A DNA stretch of 64,000 bases from an uncultured delta proteobacterium (GCA_963754925.1 CAVWHX010000006.1:96001-160000); one strand, 5' to 3'. Shown: positions 38,641 to 49,477, counted from the stretch's first letter. The notes: generated by a model not told the origin, from the sequence alone. A program made the numbers and translations.

Positions 38641-39033
38641 CTATTCACAATTGCATCCCAGCTTGCAATTGAAATACTGAAACTTAACGGCAGGCACCTT
38701 GAGAACGCGCTCCACTCCCGACGTGTTGTCCATGGCTTTCGCCAAGAGCTCTATCCAGTTCTCGGCCGTGTTGTACTGCGATGAAGCATCGACCGAGGTA
38801 AGTAGGGCTTCGATTTTCCCGAGGTCGCACCCGACCTCGCACACGGAGAAACAACCCGAAGCTATTTTGGTGCGTGCCCGGTCGATATTCTCAGATACTT
38901 CAGGTTTCAAGACGACGTTCCGTTTTTGGAGGTCGTCCTGCCAGGCTGCAAGCACAGCCCACCTGCACGCGTATTGCTCGAGAACACGTTTGTCGTTTTC
39001 GACTCGTTGGTCTTTTTCAGTATGGTTCATCAT
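38641..39033 (-). CDS. Cys-rich hypothetical protein
   Basis: AAGGAG RBS; SGCFSVCEVGC and C-terminal CxxxCxC. Confidence 0.65.
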   Translation of the reverse strand: MMNHTEKDQRVENDKRVLEQYACRWAVLAAWQDDLQKRNVVLKPEVSENIDRARTKIASGCFSVCEVGCDLGKIEALLTSVDASSQYNTAENWIELLAKAMDNTSGVERVLKVPAVKFQYFNCKLGCNCE

Positions 39034-39345
39034 GGAAGGTTCTCCTTTTGCATTGCAGGGGCCACCAAAGATCTTGGCCTCTGGTCCACCACAGGGACGG
39101 TCACTCTCCTCTTTTTAGTCGGGTCTGATTGTTTACCGCACGGTGATATAATCATCATCTATATTAAACGGAAAAAGGTCAATAGTTATATTGACCGCGA
39201 AAAAGGGGAGGGCATTTGTTCTTTTGCGCCTCACAACTTCAAACCTTCTCAGGCTTCGCGATTTATTTCAATTGACGGCGACCTGAGAAACCTTTAATCA
39301 TCCTAGAATCAATATATCAGGGGATCCTGCAGGCAGGGTAGCGAA

Positions 39346-41229
39346 ATGACACAATCGTGGGAAGAAAAGCTGAAGACCCCGGACGAGATCTTTGAACAGA
39401 TCAATCCCGGTATGACTATCTTTCTGGGGACGGGCGTCGCCGAGCCCAGGACTCTGGTGAAACGCCTGACGGCTTCACCCGCCCCTAATCTGCGGGATTT
39501 GACGCTGATCCAAATAGTAAGTTTTGGAGAAGCCATTAATATCAAAGATATTCAATCAAACAAATATCGACTCAAGACCTTCTTTTCCGGGTGGGTATCC
39601 AACGAGGCTATCAGCGAAGGCAAGGTTGATCTGATTCCCAGCCGCTTTGTAAAAATTCCCCATCTGATCGAGTCGGGCCAGATCCACTTCGACGTTGCCT
39701 TTATCCAAGTTACCCCTCCCAACGAAGCAGGTTATTGCAGCCTGGGATTGGCCGTTGATGTGGCGCGGCAAGTTATGGAACGGGCAGCTCTGGTGGTGGG
39801 CGAGATCAATCCTCACATACCCTTCACCTTCGGAGAGACCTTTGTTCCGCTGTCTGATTTCGATTACCTGGTGCGTTCGGAAGACGAGCCGATTTACATC
39901 TTCCGTTGGCCCGTGGATGAGGTCTTTGACCAGGTGGCCGCCAACGTGGCCTCGGTCATAGAAGACGGAAGTTGTATTGTCTATTCCATTGGCCCCCTCT
40001 ACGACGCCCTGGCGCGGCATCTCGTACACAAGCGAAATCTTGGCGTGCATTCTCCTTTCTTCACTGATGCCCTGATGGATCTGGTGAAAAGTGGCGCGGT
40101 GACTAATCGCTACAAAGAATTCTCCCGGGGCAAGTCCGTGGCATCCTATGCGTTCGGCACGAAAGAGCTCATGTCCTGGCTCGACCGCAACCCCTTGGTT
40201 GAGTTTCTGGGTATTGACGCCGTATTTAATCCGCTCAATATCGGGCGCAATCCAAAGGTCGTGACCATCATTTCAGCCCGTAAGGTTGACCTCACCGGTC
40301 GTATCGTGGTGCATGCGGGCATGGGTTCGGTGGTTGCCACTCCCGGCGATGAATTGGACTTCATCAATGGCGCGGAGCTTTCACCGGGCGGGCTTACCGT
40401 GTTTGCGCTGCCAAGCCGCAATAGGAAAGGGGAGGCCAATATTCGCCTAACGGTCGAGGAGTTTCCCAACATCCTCAATGTGCGCGAGTCCGTGGACATG
40501 GTGGTCACCGATTATGGCGTGGCCAACCTGCGGGGCCGGACGGTGCGTGAGCGGGCGCAATCGCTCATCGATATCGCTCATCCGGATGATCGCGCCAGGC
40601 TGGTTGAGGAGGCCAAGGCCAAGAATGTCATTTACCAAGACCAGATGTTCCTCTCCGAGAGCGGCCATCTTTACCCGGCGGACATTGCACAACGACACGT
40701 CTTCAAAGGAGGACTGGAAGTCAATTTTAGGGCGATCAAACCTTCTGACGAAGAGGAAATGCGCCGCCTCTTTTATCGGTTCTCGGACAAGGCGGTTTAT
40801 TACCGCTACTTCTCGCCCATCAAGGTCATGCCGCATGCCAAGATGCAATCCTACGTCAACGTCGACCCGAATCGGGTGATGTCCGTCGTGGGTCTGTGCG
40901 GGCCCCACGGCGAGGAGCACATCATCGCCGAGGCCCGATTCGTGCGCGATCAGCAGCGACCCTATGGCGACGTGGCTTTTGTCGTGGATGAGAAGTATCA
41001 AGGATTAGGGGTGGCCTCGAAGCTCTATCAGATTCTCATTACCCTCGCCAAAGAACGCGGTCTGCAGGGTTTCACCGCTGAAGTTTTGGCTTCCAACACC
41101 GCCATGATGAAAGTCTTTGAAAAAGGCGGTATTCCGATCCGGGCCGACCTACGCCAAGATGTCTATGAGTTGGTGATCGCCTTTGAGTCTGCGTCAACCC
41201 ACGTCGAACGAGGCGTCTCCAGAAGATGA
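39346..41229 (+). CDS. Acetyl-CoA hydrolase/transferase fused to GNAT acetyltransferase
   Basis: GYCSLG, LGVHS, VTDYGVANLRG...ERA..LI.IAHPD; C-terminal YQGLGVA GNAT. Confidence 0.9.
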   Translation: MTQSWEEKLKTPDEIFEQINPGMTIFLGTGVAEPRTLVKRLTASPAPNLRDLTLIQIVSFGEAINIKDIQSNKYRLKTFFSGWVSNEAISEGKVDLIPSRFVKIPHLIESGQIHFDVAFIQVTPPNEAGYCSLGLAVDVARQVMERAALVVGEINPHIPFTFGETFVPLSDFDYLVRSEDEPIYIFRWPVDEVFDQVAANVASVIEDGSCIVYSIGPLYDALARHLVHKRNLGVHSPFFTDALMDLVKSGAVTNRYKEFSRGKSVASYAFGTKELMSWLDRNPLVEFLGIDAVFNPLNIGRNPKVVTIISARKVDLTGRIVVHAGMGSVVATPGDELDFINGAELSPGGLTVFALPSRNRKGEANIRLTVEEFPNILNVRESVDMVVTDYGVANLRGRTVRERAQSLIDIAHPDDRARLVEEAKAKNVIYQDQMFLSESGHLYPADIAQRHVFKGGLEVNFRAIKPSDEEEMRRLFYRFSDKAVYYRYFSPIKVMPHAKMQSYVNVDPNRVMSVVGLCGPHGEEHIIAEARFVRDQQRPYGDVAFVVDEKYQGLGVASKLYQILITLAKERGLQGFTAEVLASNTAMMKVFEKGGIPIRADLRQDVYELVIAFESASTHVERGVSRR

Positions 41230-41242
41230 GGAAACCCGCTGG

Positions 41243-41800
41243 CTAGGTTTTTACCAATATCGCCGAATGGCTTGATCGAATATCGAGGCGGCTCTTCATG
41301 CGGAGACCACAGCCTTCGGCTGTCTGAAGGGATGCGGCAAACTTCTTTTCGGTAACATGGCCTGTTGGTTCCGACAGGAGCAGGTTGCAACCTTGTCTGA
41401 GCGCTGTTGCCGCCTCTGTGAAGAAACGCGCCTCGTCGGGGAGTTCGTGAACCACGGCAAACGCGAGCACGAAATCAACCCTCCCGTTGATATCCTCGAC
41501 GCCCATCCCTTCGGCCGGCGCTTGCCGAATATCAATTTGATCGATGAGTCGCGCTTTTTCCGCCCGCCGCCGTAGCGCCTTCAACATCCGTGCTTGAACG
41601 TCCACCGCGATGACGCGGCCCGTGGGACCGACCAGGCGCGCGAGCTCGAGCGTGAAAAACCCCATTCCCGGGCCCAGCTCGAGCGCCGTCATCCCTGAAA
41701 CGACAAAGGGACTGAGGATGCTAGAGGGATTGTGCACAAGCCTTCTCACCGGGCTTACGAGAAAATAACCAAGCCACCATGGGCAGACTCTAGAAACCAT
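41243..41800 (-). CDS. Class I SAM-dependent methyltransferase
   Basis: LELGPGMGFFT, AVDVQ, VVHE. Confidence 0.88.
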   Translation of the reverse strand: MVSRVCPWWLGYFLVSPVRRLVHNPSSILSPFVVSGMTALELGPGMGFFTLELARLVGPTGRVIAVDVQARMLKALRRRAEKARLIDQIDIRQAPAEGMGVEDINGRVDFVLAFAVVHELPDEARFFTEAATALRQGCNLLLSEPTGHVTEKKFAASLQTAEGCGLRMKSRLDIRSSHSAILVKT

Positions 41801-41822
41801 GCGGTGCTCCTTGGTTCAAACG

Positions 41823-43514
41823 TTATTCTGCGGGCCGCGACGCCAAGCCCATGATGGTCCGATAGGCGTCGAGATAGAGCTTTTGTTCCACCGGCAATCG
41901 CCCGAAGTCACAGAGCTTCTCTCTACAGTAAGCCCCGCCGGTGAGGTTGTTGAGTATCCAGCGCGGAATATCGAAGTGCCTCATGAGGGGAAGCTTCCGT
42001 GGTTTCCCGTCGGCTATGACCAGCAAGAAGTTCTCAAAGCGTCTGAATTCATTGAGCGCTCCGGATAGCCCCGCCCGACTTCGGAAGCCGAACTGTAAAT
42101 ATTCCCACACGCCTTTGGGCATCGGGGGTTGGTGGTCTGCGACCAAAACGATAATGCCCTGCGGATCCATTTCCATCAGACGCTTGATGTAGTTCACGAG
42201 CGCTTGGGTGCGATAGTATATCTGATTGGTAAGGCGCGTGAGGTAGTCCACGTTGGGTTGCACGGTAACGAGCAACGGGTGCCGGTCGGTGTCAATATCG
42301 AACGGATAGTGACCGTACATGGTCAAAACGTAGTTTAAAAACGGTTGGCTCTTTTGCAGAAGCGATTTCACCTTGACGAGGTTTTGAGCGAGAAAATCTC
42401 CATCGAACAAATAGGTTTGGTCGCCGAGGGCAATCGACTCCTCGCCCGGTTTACTAAACCGGTCGGCGTAGAGGATTTGCGAAAAACCTAGTCCTGGATA
42501 CGCATGCTTGGTGTTGTAGTATATCGGCCCGTAGGGAAAACTCAGAAGCGTGAAATACCCGGCATCGCCGAGAATGGCCGGAAGGCAGTACGTTTTTGCG
42601 CCGCTGAATCCGAGAAACTCGACTCCGTACAACCGCAGGGAAGGAACGCCGCAGAGGACTTCGAACTCGGCGCGGGAGGTTTCTCCGCCAAAGGCCGGTG
42701 ATATCGACGAACCGATGGCGTCGTCTGCGAAGGCGCTGAATTCATCGGCCACAGGCGGTCGGCTGAACCGTAGCCCCCGAAAAAGCCGTACGTCGACAAA
42801 ACTCTCCAATACAATGATGTGGATGTTTCGCTTGTCCAGGTTCTTGAGCATGTCATCGCCGAGTTTTATGCTCGACTGCGCAAGCGGCGTATACCCCTCG
42901 AGGCCTTCGAGGTAGCTACGCCTGCGTATCTCGCGCATAGTCATAGTATAGACGCGGCCCCAGCGTTCGGCCGTAGCCTGGTCCGACCATTCTTCATCCG
43001 GGGTGACGGCATTGATACATTCATAGGTGAACGTCGGGAAGAAGATGGTGGAACCGAGCACTAAACAAAACGGCGCTACCAGCGCGAAGGACGACCATCG
43101 GAACGAGGGGATTTTCCATTCGATCGAAAGCAGCCAAATCACGACCGGATGCACGAGCAGGGTCACATACAACACCCGGGGCCAGAACGTTAACCCCTGG
43201 AATACGTCCGGAAACAGCTTGGCATCGATGTAGTTTGGTACGGACGAAAGAAGGACTATGCTGACGTCGTTGACGGCATACAGCCACACCAACGGCAATA
43301 CCGCTGGTATGAACCGCCACCACTTTTTACGCAGCGGCAGCTGCAACAGGGCGAACAGGTAGACCAAAAACGGTATCTCGGTAAACCACTGGGTCCCGTC
43401 CACAGGGAAAGCCCAGCTATTGGCAAAGAGGGTGTAGCCAACGAATAGTGCGATAAAGATGCCGTAGCGAAGCATGATGCTGCGCACTGTGGGAGTGTTG
43501 AAGCGGCTCATCAC
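41823..43514 (-). CDS. LTA synthase/sulfatase family membrane protein
   Basis: N-terminal TMs, IVLESF, GGET...EFEVL, H.P, ADHQP. Confidence 0.85.
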   Translation of the reverse strand: MMSRFNTPTVRSIMLRYGIFIALFVGYTLFANSWAFPVDGTQWFTEIPFLVYLFALLQLPLRKKWWRFIPAVLPLVWLYAVNDVSIVLLSSVPNYIDAKLFPDVFQGLTFWPRVLYVTLLVHPVVIWLLSIEWKIPSFRWSSFALVAPFCLVLGSTIFFPTFTYECINAVTPDEEWSDQATAERWGRVYTMTMREIRRRSYLEGLEGYTPLAQSSIKLGDDMLKNLDKRNIHIIVLESFVDVRLFRGLRFSRPPVADEFSAFADDAIGSSISPAFGGETSRAEFEVLCGVPSLRLYGVEFLGFSGAKTYCLPAILGDAGYFTLLSFPYGPIYYNTKHAYPGLGFSQILYADRFSKPGEESIALGDQTYLFDGDFLAQNLVKVKSLLQKSQPFLNYVLTMYGHYPFDIDTDRHPLLVTVQPNVDYLTRLTNQIYYRTQALVNYIKRLMEMDPQGIIVLVADHQPPMPKGVWEYLQFGFRSRAGLSGALNEFRRFENFLLVIADGKPRKLPLMRHFDIPRWILNNLTGGAYCREKLCDFGRLPVEQKLYLDAYRTIMGLASRPAE

Positions 43515-43581
43515 GGCGTGACTTAGTCACGATACCGTGCCGCTGTCAATGCCGCTCTTCAACATGATATCGGAGAGAATT

Positions 43582-44250
43582 CTATTCTTCGATCGTCACG
43601 CGGTAGGCAAGGCGAACCGCTCCCCAGTGTTTTCCGTTAAGGTACACGGGAACGGACAGGTCGTTCATTATCTCGCCCGTATCGCGTTTGTAGGTTTGAA
43701 TGAGATATGGCTTTGTGTTGCGCGCGGCTTGAAGCCCGGTCTTGTCGCAAAAAATGCGCTTGGTGCGGTTGAGGGACAAGTCCTTTTCCGCATCTCCGGT
43801 AAGCGGTTGAGAAAAGCGGGAGATATGAGAGGGCAGGTATCCATTGCTATCAACGAGTATCACGTACAAAATGTCGGGAGATTTCGTGACGAAGGCCTCC
43901 TCGATGGGCTTGATATCGCGGTCGGCCAGTTTGTCGTAGTCGGTAGTGAATTTCGGCGGATCGGTAAGCAACTTAGGCTCTTTTGAATGAGGATCGAGTA
44001 TCGGATAATACAGCTGGCTGAATAGCTTTTCTTCACTCACCTCGCCCGAGGAGATCCATTTCTCCATAATCTCAGCGCACTGGTTGGCGCATTGTTTTAC
44101 CAGTTCGAGCAAGTGGGCTTCTTTTGAGTCGGTGCTTTTTATTTGCTGGGCTAAAACCGTGTTCGTCAGCAGAATAAGGATTAACGAAAGCACACGTCCT
44201 ATCAAGACCGGTCGGGCGATTCTGGCTTGGTTTTGATTAATAGGCGGCAT
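43582..44250 (-). CDS. Exported stand-alone Cache-like sensor domain protein
   Basis: Signal peptide; GYLPSH...NRTKRIF.D..G...RDTGE...GKHWG. Confidence 0.75.
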   Translation of the reverse strand: MPPINQNQARIARPVLIGRVLSLILILLTNTVLAQQIKSTDSKEAHLLELVKQCANQCAEIMEKWISSGEVSEEKLFSQLYYPILDPHSKEPKLLTDPPKFTTDYDKLADRDIKPIEEAFVTKSPDILYVILVDSNGYLPSHISRFSQPLTGDAEKDLSLNRTKRIFCDKTGLQAARNTKPYLIQTYKRDTGEIMNDLSVPVYLNGKHWGAVRLAYRVTIEE

Positions 44251-44292
44251 ACCAAACTCCTTCTCGGAATGAAAAAACCGTATAGCCGCTGC

Positions 44293-45204
44293 TTACTGAT
44301 GCAGCCGATCCATGGCGTCTTTCATGCTCGCACGCAATCGGTCGACCGATTTCGTCAGTCTCCCGATTTCGTCAGTGCTGTCGGAGGCAAGTTTTTCATC
44401 GAGCCCCTGACCCAGAGAAATTTTGTCTGCCGCGGCCGAAAGTATTTCGATCGGTTTTGTGGCGCGTTTGATGAGTATATGATTGGTTCCGATGACCACT
44501 AAGGCGAAGCCGGCGAAGAGAAATATCAAAGACCAGAGCAACGCTTTTTTGTGACGTTCGATTTGCTCGATGGAGACCGCGATGCGAAATCCTCCCCAGT
44601 GCTTTCCCTTGACGTAAATGGGAGAGGATACGTCCCACATGAGCTCGCCCGTATCCCGTCGGTACTCCTGAACGTATCCCGGCTCGGTATTTTGCGCGGC
44701 TGCCTTGCCCACCGGATCGTCGAACCGGCGCTTGGTGCGGTTGCCGACCATATCCTTTTCCAGATCGCCGGTGATGGGTTGCTGGTACCTGGAGTTGTGG
44801 GTGGGAATGTAGCCGTTGGTATCGACCCCTACGGCAAATACGAAGTCTTTGGTTTCGAGGAACTTGTCTTGGAAGGCGACCACCGCCTTGTCGGTTAAGA
44901 AATCATATTTGGTGTGAAATTTGGGTTTGTCGCCCCAGTTGTAACCCCGGATCAACTCGTATTCGTGGTCAAATGCCTCGGTCACCGTGATCACGCCGTT
45001 ATCAACGGCTTCTTCGAGAACCGTGCCGTACATATTGGCGCCTAAGACGGAAGCCAGTTTGGCTTTTTCCAACGTAAACTCCTCCATCATCCGTTCTTGA
45101 TTCTGTATGATGGAAATAGCCACCGCGATCGTCAATAACACCATGACCCCTGCAAGCGTCAGCGAGATCTTGTGACTCAGTCGTTTCTTTACGGCCTCAA
45201 GCAT
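44293..45204 (-). CDS. Membrane Cache-like + HAMP protein lacking an output domain
   Basis: TM, same NRTKR/RDTGE/GKHWG domain, TM, HAMP (DEIGRL), then stop. Confidence 0.78.
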   Translation of the reverse strand: MLEAVKKRLSHKISLTLAGVMVLLTIAVAISIIQNQERMMEEFTLEKAKLASVLGANMYGTVLEEAVDNGVITVTEAFDHEYELIRGYNWGDKPKFHTKYDFLTDKAVVAFQDKFLETKDFVFAVGVDTNGYIPTHNSRYQQPITGDLEKDMVGNRTKRRFDDPVGKAAAQNTEPGYVQEYRRDTGELMWDVSSPIYVKGKHWGGFRIAVSIEQIERHKKALLWSLIFLFAGFALVVIGTNHILIKRATKPIEILSAAADKISLGQGLDEKLASDSTDEIGRLTKSVDRLRASMKDAMDRLHQ

Positions 45205-45288
45205 GCTCAACCTCCACCTGAAAATTTGCCGGATGATAGTATACCCGCTTGACATCTGCAACTTCCTTTGCGACCGTTGAGCGTTGGC

Positions 45289-45342
45289 CCCCTAAAGGGA
45301 CAAGAGACTGTAAACCTCTCTTCGTTCGGTAACAGTCTCTAG
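45289..45342. repeat. REP hairpin copy
   Basis: CCCCTAAAGGGACAAGAGACTGTAAACCTCTCTTCGTTCGGTAACAGTCTCTAG. Confidence 0.8.
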
Positions 45343-45371
45343 TAATCGCCACAACCAGAAGGAGCTCAGTC

Positions 45372-46193
45372 ATGTCAGCGTATGAATTTTACCTCGTTGA
45401 AAAGAACCCACCCGTAGCGTGGGTATACCTTAACCGGCCGGACAAGCTCAACGCCATGCATCAACCGGCGTGGGCTGAGTCCATACCGATTTTCGCTGAC
45501 CTTGATGCGGACGAGGACATCAAGGTGGTGATTATCGCCGGCAAGGGCAGGTGCTTCTCTGCGGGCATAGACCTTATCGGCATGGCCGCCTTCACGCCGG
45601 AGCTCTTGGATAAGGATCAAAAAGGCGCAACGAAGTGGAAATTTTTACCCAAGATCCAGGCCATGCAGGAGACCATGAGCTGTATTGAGCGTTGCAGAAA
45701 ACCGGTCATAGCCGCTGTTCACGGGTATTGCATCGGAGCCGGGCTGGATATGATCACCGCCTGCGATATCAGGTTGTGCTCACAGGACGCCACCTTCTCG
45801 CTGCGGGAGGCTGCCGTCGGATTTGTCGCTGATGTTGGTGTGCTCCAGCGGATTCCGCTGATAGTTGGACAGGGAATCGCGCGGGAACTTGCCTATACGG
45901 CAAAAAACATAGATGCAAAGCGCGCGAAGGAGATTTTACTGGTCAACGAGGTGTTCGAATCTCAAGAAGCTCTCATGGCGGGCGCTCTCAAGATGGCCAT
46001 GGAAATTGTGGAAAACTCTCCCTTGGCGGTGCAGGCATCAAAAACGGTGCTGAACTATGGTGTAGGCAAAAGCATCGGCGAAGGACTCGACCACGTCAGG
46101 TCGTTAAGCGCCAACATAATACCATCGAATGACCTCATGGAAGCGTTCGCCGCGATGATGGAAAAGCGCAAGCCGAAGTTTACGGGTAAATAA
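45372..46193 (+). CDS. Enoyl-CoA hydratase/isomerase (crotonase)
   Basis: LNRPDKLNA, FSAGIDL, KPVIAAVHGYCIGAG, ADVG.LQR. Confidence 0.93.
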   Translation: MSAYEFYLVEKNPPVAWVYLNRPDKLNAMHQPAWAESIPIFADLDADEDIKVVIIAGKGRCFSAGIDLIGMAAFTPELLDKDQKGATKWKFLPKIQAMQETMSCIERCRKPVIAAVHGYCIGAGLDMITACDIRLCSQDATFSLREAAVGFVADVGVLQRIPLIVGQGIARELAYTAKNIDAKRAKEILLVNEVFESQEALMAGALKMAMEIVENSPLAVQASKTVLNYGVGKSIGEGLDHVRSLSANIIPSNDLMEAFAAMMEKRKPKFTGK

Positions 46194-46202
46194 TCTGAGC
46201 GC

Positions 46203-46502
46203 TCAAAATTTAGGAGACGTCGGTCGGTTCATGAGCGCTTTGAGAACCGGGCTGGCCTTGAACGTGATGACCCGGCGCGCAGAGATATTGATTGACTCGC
46301 CGGTCTTAGGGTTACGCCCGACGCGGGTTCTTTTATTGCGGGGGGTGAAGTTGCCGAACCCGGAGATCTTGAGCTTTTCGCCGCGTTCAAGGGTTGACTT
46401 CATGGTTTCTAAGATTGTCTCGACGATATCGGAAGCCTGACTCATCGAGAAACCGATTGCCTTCTGAACTTCCTCAACAATGTGCGCCTTGGTGATAGCC
46501 AT
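46203..46502 (-). CDS. ihfA: Integration host factor alpha
   Basis: KISGFGNF, RVGRNPKTGE, ISARRVITFKAS. Confidence 0.88.
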   Translation of the reverse strand: MAITKAHIVEEVQKAIGFSMSQASDIVETILETMKSTLERGEKLKISGFGNFTPRNKRTRVGRNPKTGESINISARRVITFKASPVLKALMNRPTSPKF

Positions 46503-46736
46503 CAGAACACTCCTTATTCCCTGTAAATTGTTTTTGCCTTGGCGGCTCTATAAGCTAAAACCAATTCCCAGTGCAAGAAAAATCGTAATAGCACACGTAA
46601 TGGCCTCAGTCACCTTTTGCAGGGGTGCTTCGCCCACCATGGCGGCGAGAAGCATCATTGATGTAGCAGGCGTTGTACGTTGCCAAGACCCATCCTTTAA
46701 TATATTATGCCGCGCATTGGAATCGAAAAGTACACC

Positions 46737-47018
46737 ATGATCAGGGAATTGAACAGCCACAGAGATATGGAAACGAGCGTTTCGGTTATCAGAGATTCAT
46801 TTGTTACCGTCGCGGAAGAGTTTAACCTAACGAGGGAAAATTGCCCTACTCACCCATCGTTTATTTCCGTGGTTAATTTAGAAGATCTGGTTGCGAAGGG
46901 GGTAAGCCTGTTTGGTTTATTCGACGATGACCTGCACATTGGTTTCGTTGCATTGGAAAAGGGAAATGGAGAGGGTTTTGGACTGAACGGGTTTTGCTGC
47001 TCGAGAGTTGCCAGGTAG
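46737..47018 (+). pseudogene. C-terminally truncated GNAT acetyltransferase
   Basis: VIRDSF.TVAEEFNLTRENCPTHPSFI...IGFVALEK; acetyl-CoA-binding half missing. Confidence 0.6.
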
Positions 47019-47055
47019 ATACGTGGGAAGGCGTCCGTAGAAAGTTGAGTACCTC

Positions 47056-48546
47056 ATGGACCTGATCCTCCTTGGTTTCGCCCTTGTCTTTTTGCTGGCG
47101 TTCAATGCCTTTTTTGTTTTGGCGGAGTTTGCCATCGTGAAGGTTCGATCGTCGCGGGTCGCGGAATTGGTCGATGCCGGTAATGCCCGGGCGAAGTCGC
47201 TGCTTAGCATACAAAAGCGTATCGACGAATACCTCGGCGTCTGTCAGGTTGGCATTACGCTGGCGAGCATTGCGCTGGGCATGGTCGGCGGAAAAGCCAC
47301 CGATGTGATCCTTGGCCCCGCCAAGCATGGCATGACGCGTTACCTGATCGCCATGGGGATTTCATATGTGGTTGTATCAGGTTCGCACATTCTGTTGGGC
47401 GAGCAGGTGCCTAAGTCAATCGCGATTCGAATCGCCGATCGCCTCGCGCTGGCCGCGGTGACGCCGCTGCGGTTCTTTCACGCGCTCTTCTTTCCCGCCC
47501 TCTGGTTGATGAAGACGGTGGCCCTATTCATACTGCGGCTCATCGGGATTCCGCGGTCAGCGGATGAAGCGCAGCACAGTGAGAGTGAGCTACGCATTAT
47601 CCTCGATCACTTCCAAGAGCGCGGCATGCTTTCGTTTCGGCGGCTGCTGTTTATGGAGAACGTTTTCGATCTCGGCGGGCTCGTCGTGAGCGACGCCATG
47701 CGGCCGCGCGAACGGGTGATTTGCCTTCAGGCGTGGCAGCCCTGGTCAGAAACGCTCCCCACGATACGGGCCGCGCGCTTCACGCGGTATCCGCTCATCG
47801 ATGAAGATCCCGAACGGCCGCTGGGGTTTGTACATCTTAAAGACATATTGATTCGCGAACACGATACTCCTCTAAACCTCAAGAAGTTGGTGCGGCCCCT
47901 GCTCAAGACCACCGAAACAACCCAGCTCGAGGCGTTGCTTGCCGATATGCAGCGTCGGCGTATCCACATGGCGTTGGTAAAAAACCGCGAGGGCCGTTGG
48001 ACCGGCTTGATTACGCTGGAGGACATCATTGAAGAAATCATCGGCACCATCCGCGACGAGTTTGAGGACGAAGAAACCGTGCGTTTGACCGATGCGTTGA
48101 CCATAGACCGTATTCATCTCGGTATCGAAGCCGATTCACCGGTCGCAGCCGTCCTGGCCGCCCTGACGCGCACGCCTCTCGACTCTATACCGCTGCCCCT
48201 CGATCAGATTGTTCGTGCCGTGGCGGATCGCGAACGCCTCGTGGGAACCTATCTTGGGCACGGCATCGGCATGCCGCATGCGCGTATCAACGGTCTCGTC
48301 AAACCTTTCTTGATGATCATACGCTCCGAACTAGGAGTTCCCTGTAAGGGGACGACCGAAAAAGCCCGCCTTCTATTTGTGTTGCTCACGCCCGCCGGCC
48401 AGCCGCGCATTCACCAGCGACTTCAGTCGTTGATCGCCACGTTGCTCAACGAAAGCAGGTATGTGCAGGAACGCCTGCACACGGCGGACTCGCCCGCGGA
48501 AGTCCTCGAAGTAATCCGCACCGGCGAACAGGCGTCACTGGACTAA
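47056..48546 (+). CDS. CNNM (DUF21)-CBS protein with C-terminal PTS EIIA-like domain
   Basis: FFVLAEFA, QVGIT, GEQVPK, TLEDIIEEIIG; RE....T.LG.GIGMPHAR. Confidence 0.88.
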   Translation: MDLILLGFALVFLLAFNAFFVLAEFAIVKVRSSRVAELVDAGNARAKSLLSIQKRIDEYLGVCQVGITLASIALGMVGGKATDVILGPAKHGMTRYLIAMGISYVVVSGSHILLGEQVPKSIAIRIADRLALAAVTPLRFFHALFFPALWLMKTVALFILRLIGIPRSADEAQHSESELRIILDHFQERGMLSFRRLLFMENVFDLGGLVVSDAMRPRERVICLQAWQPWSETLPTIRAARFTRYPLIDEDPERPLGFVHLKDILIREHDTPLNLKKLVRPLLKTTETTQLEALLADMQRRRIHMALVKNREGRWTGLITLEDIIEEIIGTIRDEFEDEETVRLTDALTIDRIHLGIEADSPVAAVLAALTRTPLDSIPLPLDQIVRAVADRERLVGTYLGHGIGMPHARINGLVKPFLMIIRSELGVPCKGTTEKARLLFVLLTPAGQPRIHQRLQSLIATLLNESRYVQERLHTADSPAEVLEVIRTGEQASLD

Positions 48547-48588
48547 TCCATTCAGTTTTGATATTCGGTAGTGTTATACTGTGGTTAG

Positions 48589-48981
48589 ATGAGAAATCTG
48601 TCCTGGTTAGCCATTCTCTTTTTTTCAGGTATGGTTGCCTGCGGTCCTCGGCGGTATACCAAGAGTGATAACGAGTATGCGCGTTATTCCGACGTCGGGT
48701 ACGCCTCGTATTACAGCAGCCAGTTTAACGGGAGAACAACAGCTTCCGGCGAACACTATAACAGGAACAAACTCACCGCCGCCCATCCGACGCTGCCGTT
48801 TGGCACCCTGGTCAAAGTCACCAATCAAAACAACGGACGATCGGTGGTCGTACGCATCAACGACCGAGGGCCGTTTGATGGGACCCGGATCATCGATGTT
48901 TCGAATGCGGCGGCCAAACGCCTCGGCATGATACCGAGCGGCGTCGTCCCGGTTCGGCTGGAGATCGTTCGCCCTCCTTGA
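48589..48981 (+). CDS. rlpA: RlpA-family lytic transglycosylase lipoprotein
   Basis: Lipobox VAC; TASGE, TAAH.TLPFGT, INDRGPF, IDVS. Confidence 0.88.
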   Translation: MRNLSWLAILFFSGMVACGPRRYTKSDNEYARYSDVGYASYYSSQFNGRTTASGEHYNRNKLTAAHPTLPFGTLVKVTNQNNGRSVVVRINDRGPFDGTRIIDVSNAAAKRLGMIPSGVVPVRLEIVRPP

Positions 48982-49019
48982 ATCTCGCTCACCGAACGGC
49001 GCCGATGGGGGTTAACTGT

Positions 49020-49382
49020 TCATCCAAGTTTGATTACCGGCACCTGCAGCGGACTACGGTGTAATTGATCGACCTTCTGCTCCCCATCGCGGGTCAGGGA
49101 AAATATCATCTTGCGTTTGTCGTCTTCTGCAATGGAACGGCCAATAAGCTTCTTCTTTTCGAGTTTTCCGAGAATGCGCGAGATACGCGATGGAGAAAGG
49201 CCGAGCTCACGGGATATTTCGCCAGAACTTCTTTTTTCTTTCGCCAAAGCGCAAACTAACAGGCACTCGTTCAACGATAGGTCAAATTCCTTCTGCAACA
49301 AATTATCGAAAACGAAAATGGTTTTAAAAACTTCTTTTAGCTCGCAAAGACTTTCCATGGGGTCGAATACCTCGCGTGTCAA
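49020..49382 (-). CDS. MarR family regulator
   Basis: SRISRILGKLEKKKLI.R....DKR....LT..G. Confidence 0.85.
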   Translation of the reverse strand: MTREVFDPMESLCELKEVFKTIFVFDNLLQKEFDLSLNECLLVCALAKEKRSSGEISRELGLSPSRISRILGKLEKKKLIGRSIAEDDKRKMIFSLTRDGEQKVDQLHRSPLQVPVIKLG

Positions 49383-49477
49383 TCGGAATGATGGTAATGC
49401 ATTTTCATCTGTTTCGGAAGCAAAAACTGCTCGCAGTCCGAGCAGTTGATTCGCGTTATTTTTTCATTTGAATTCTT

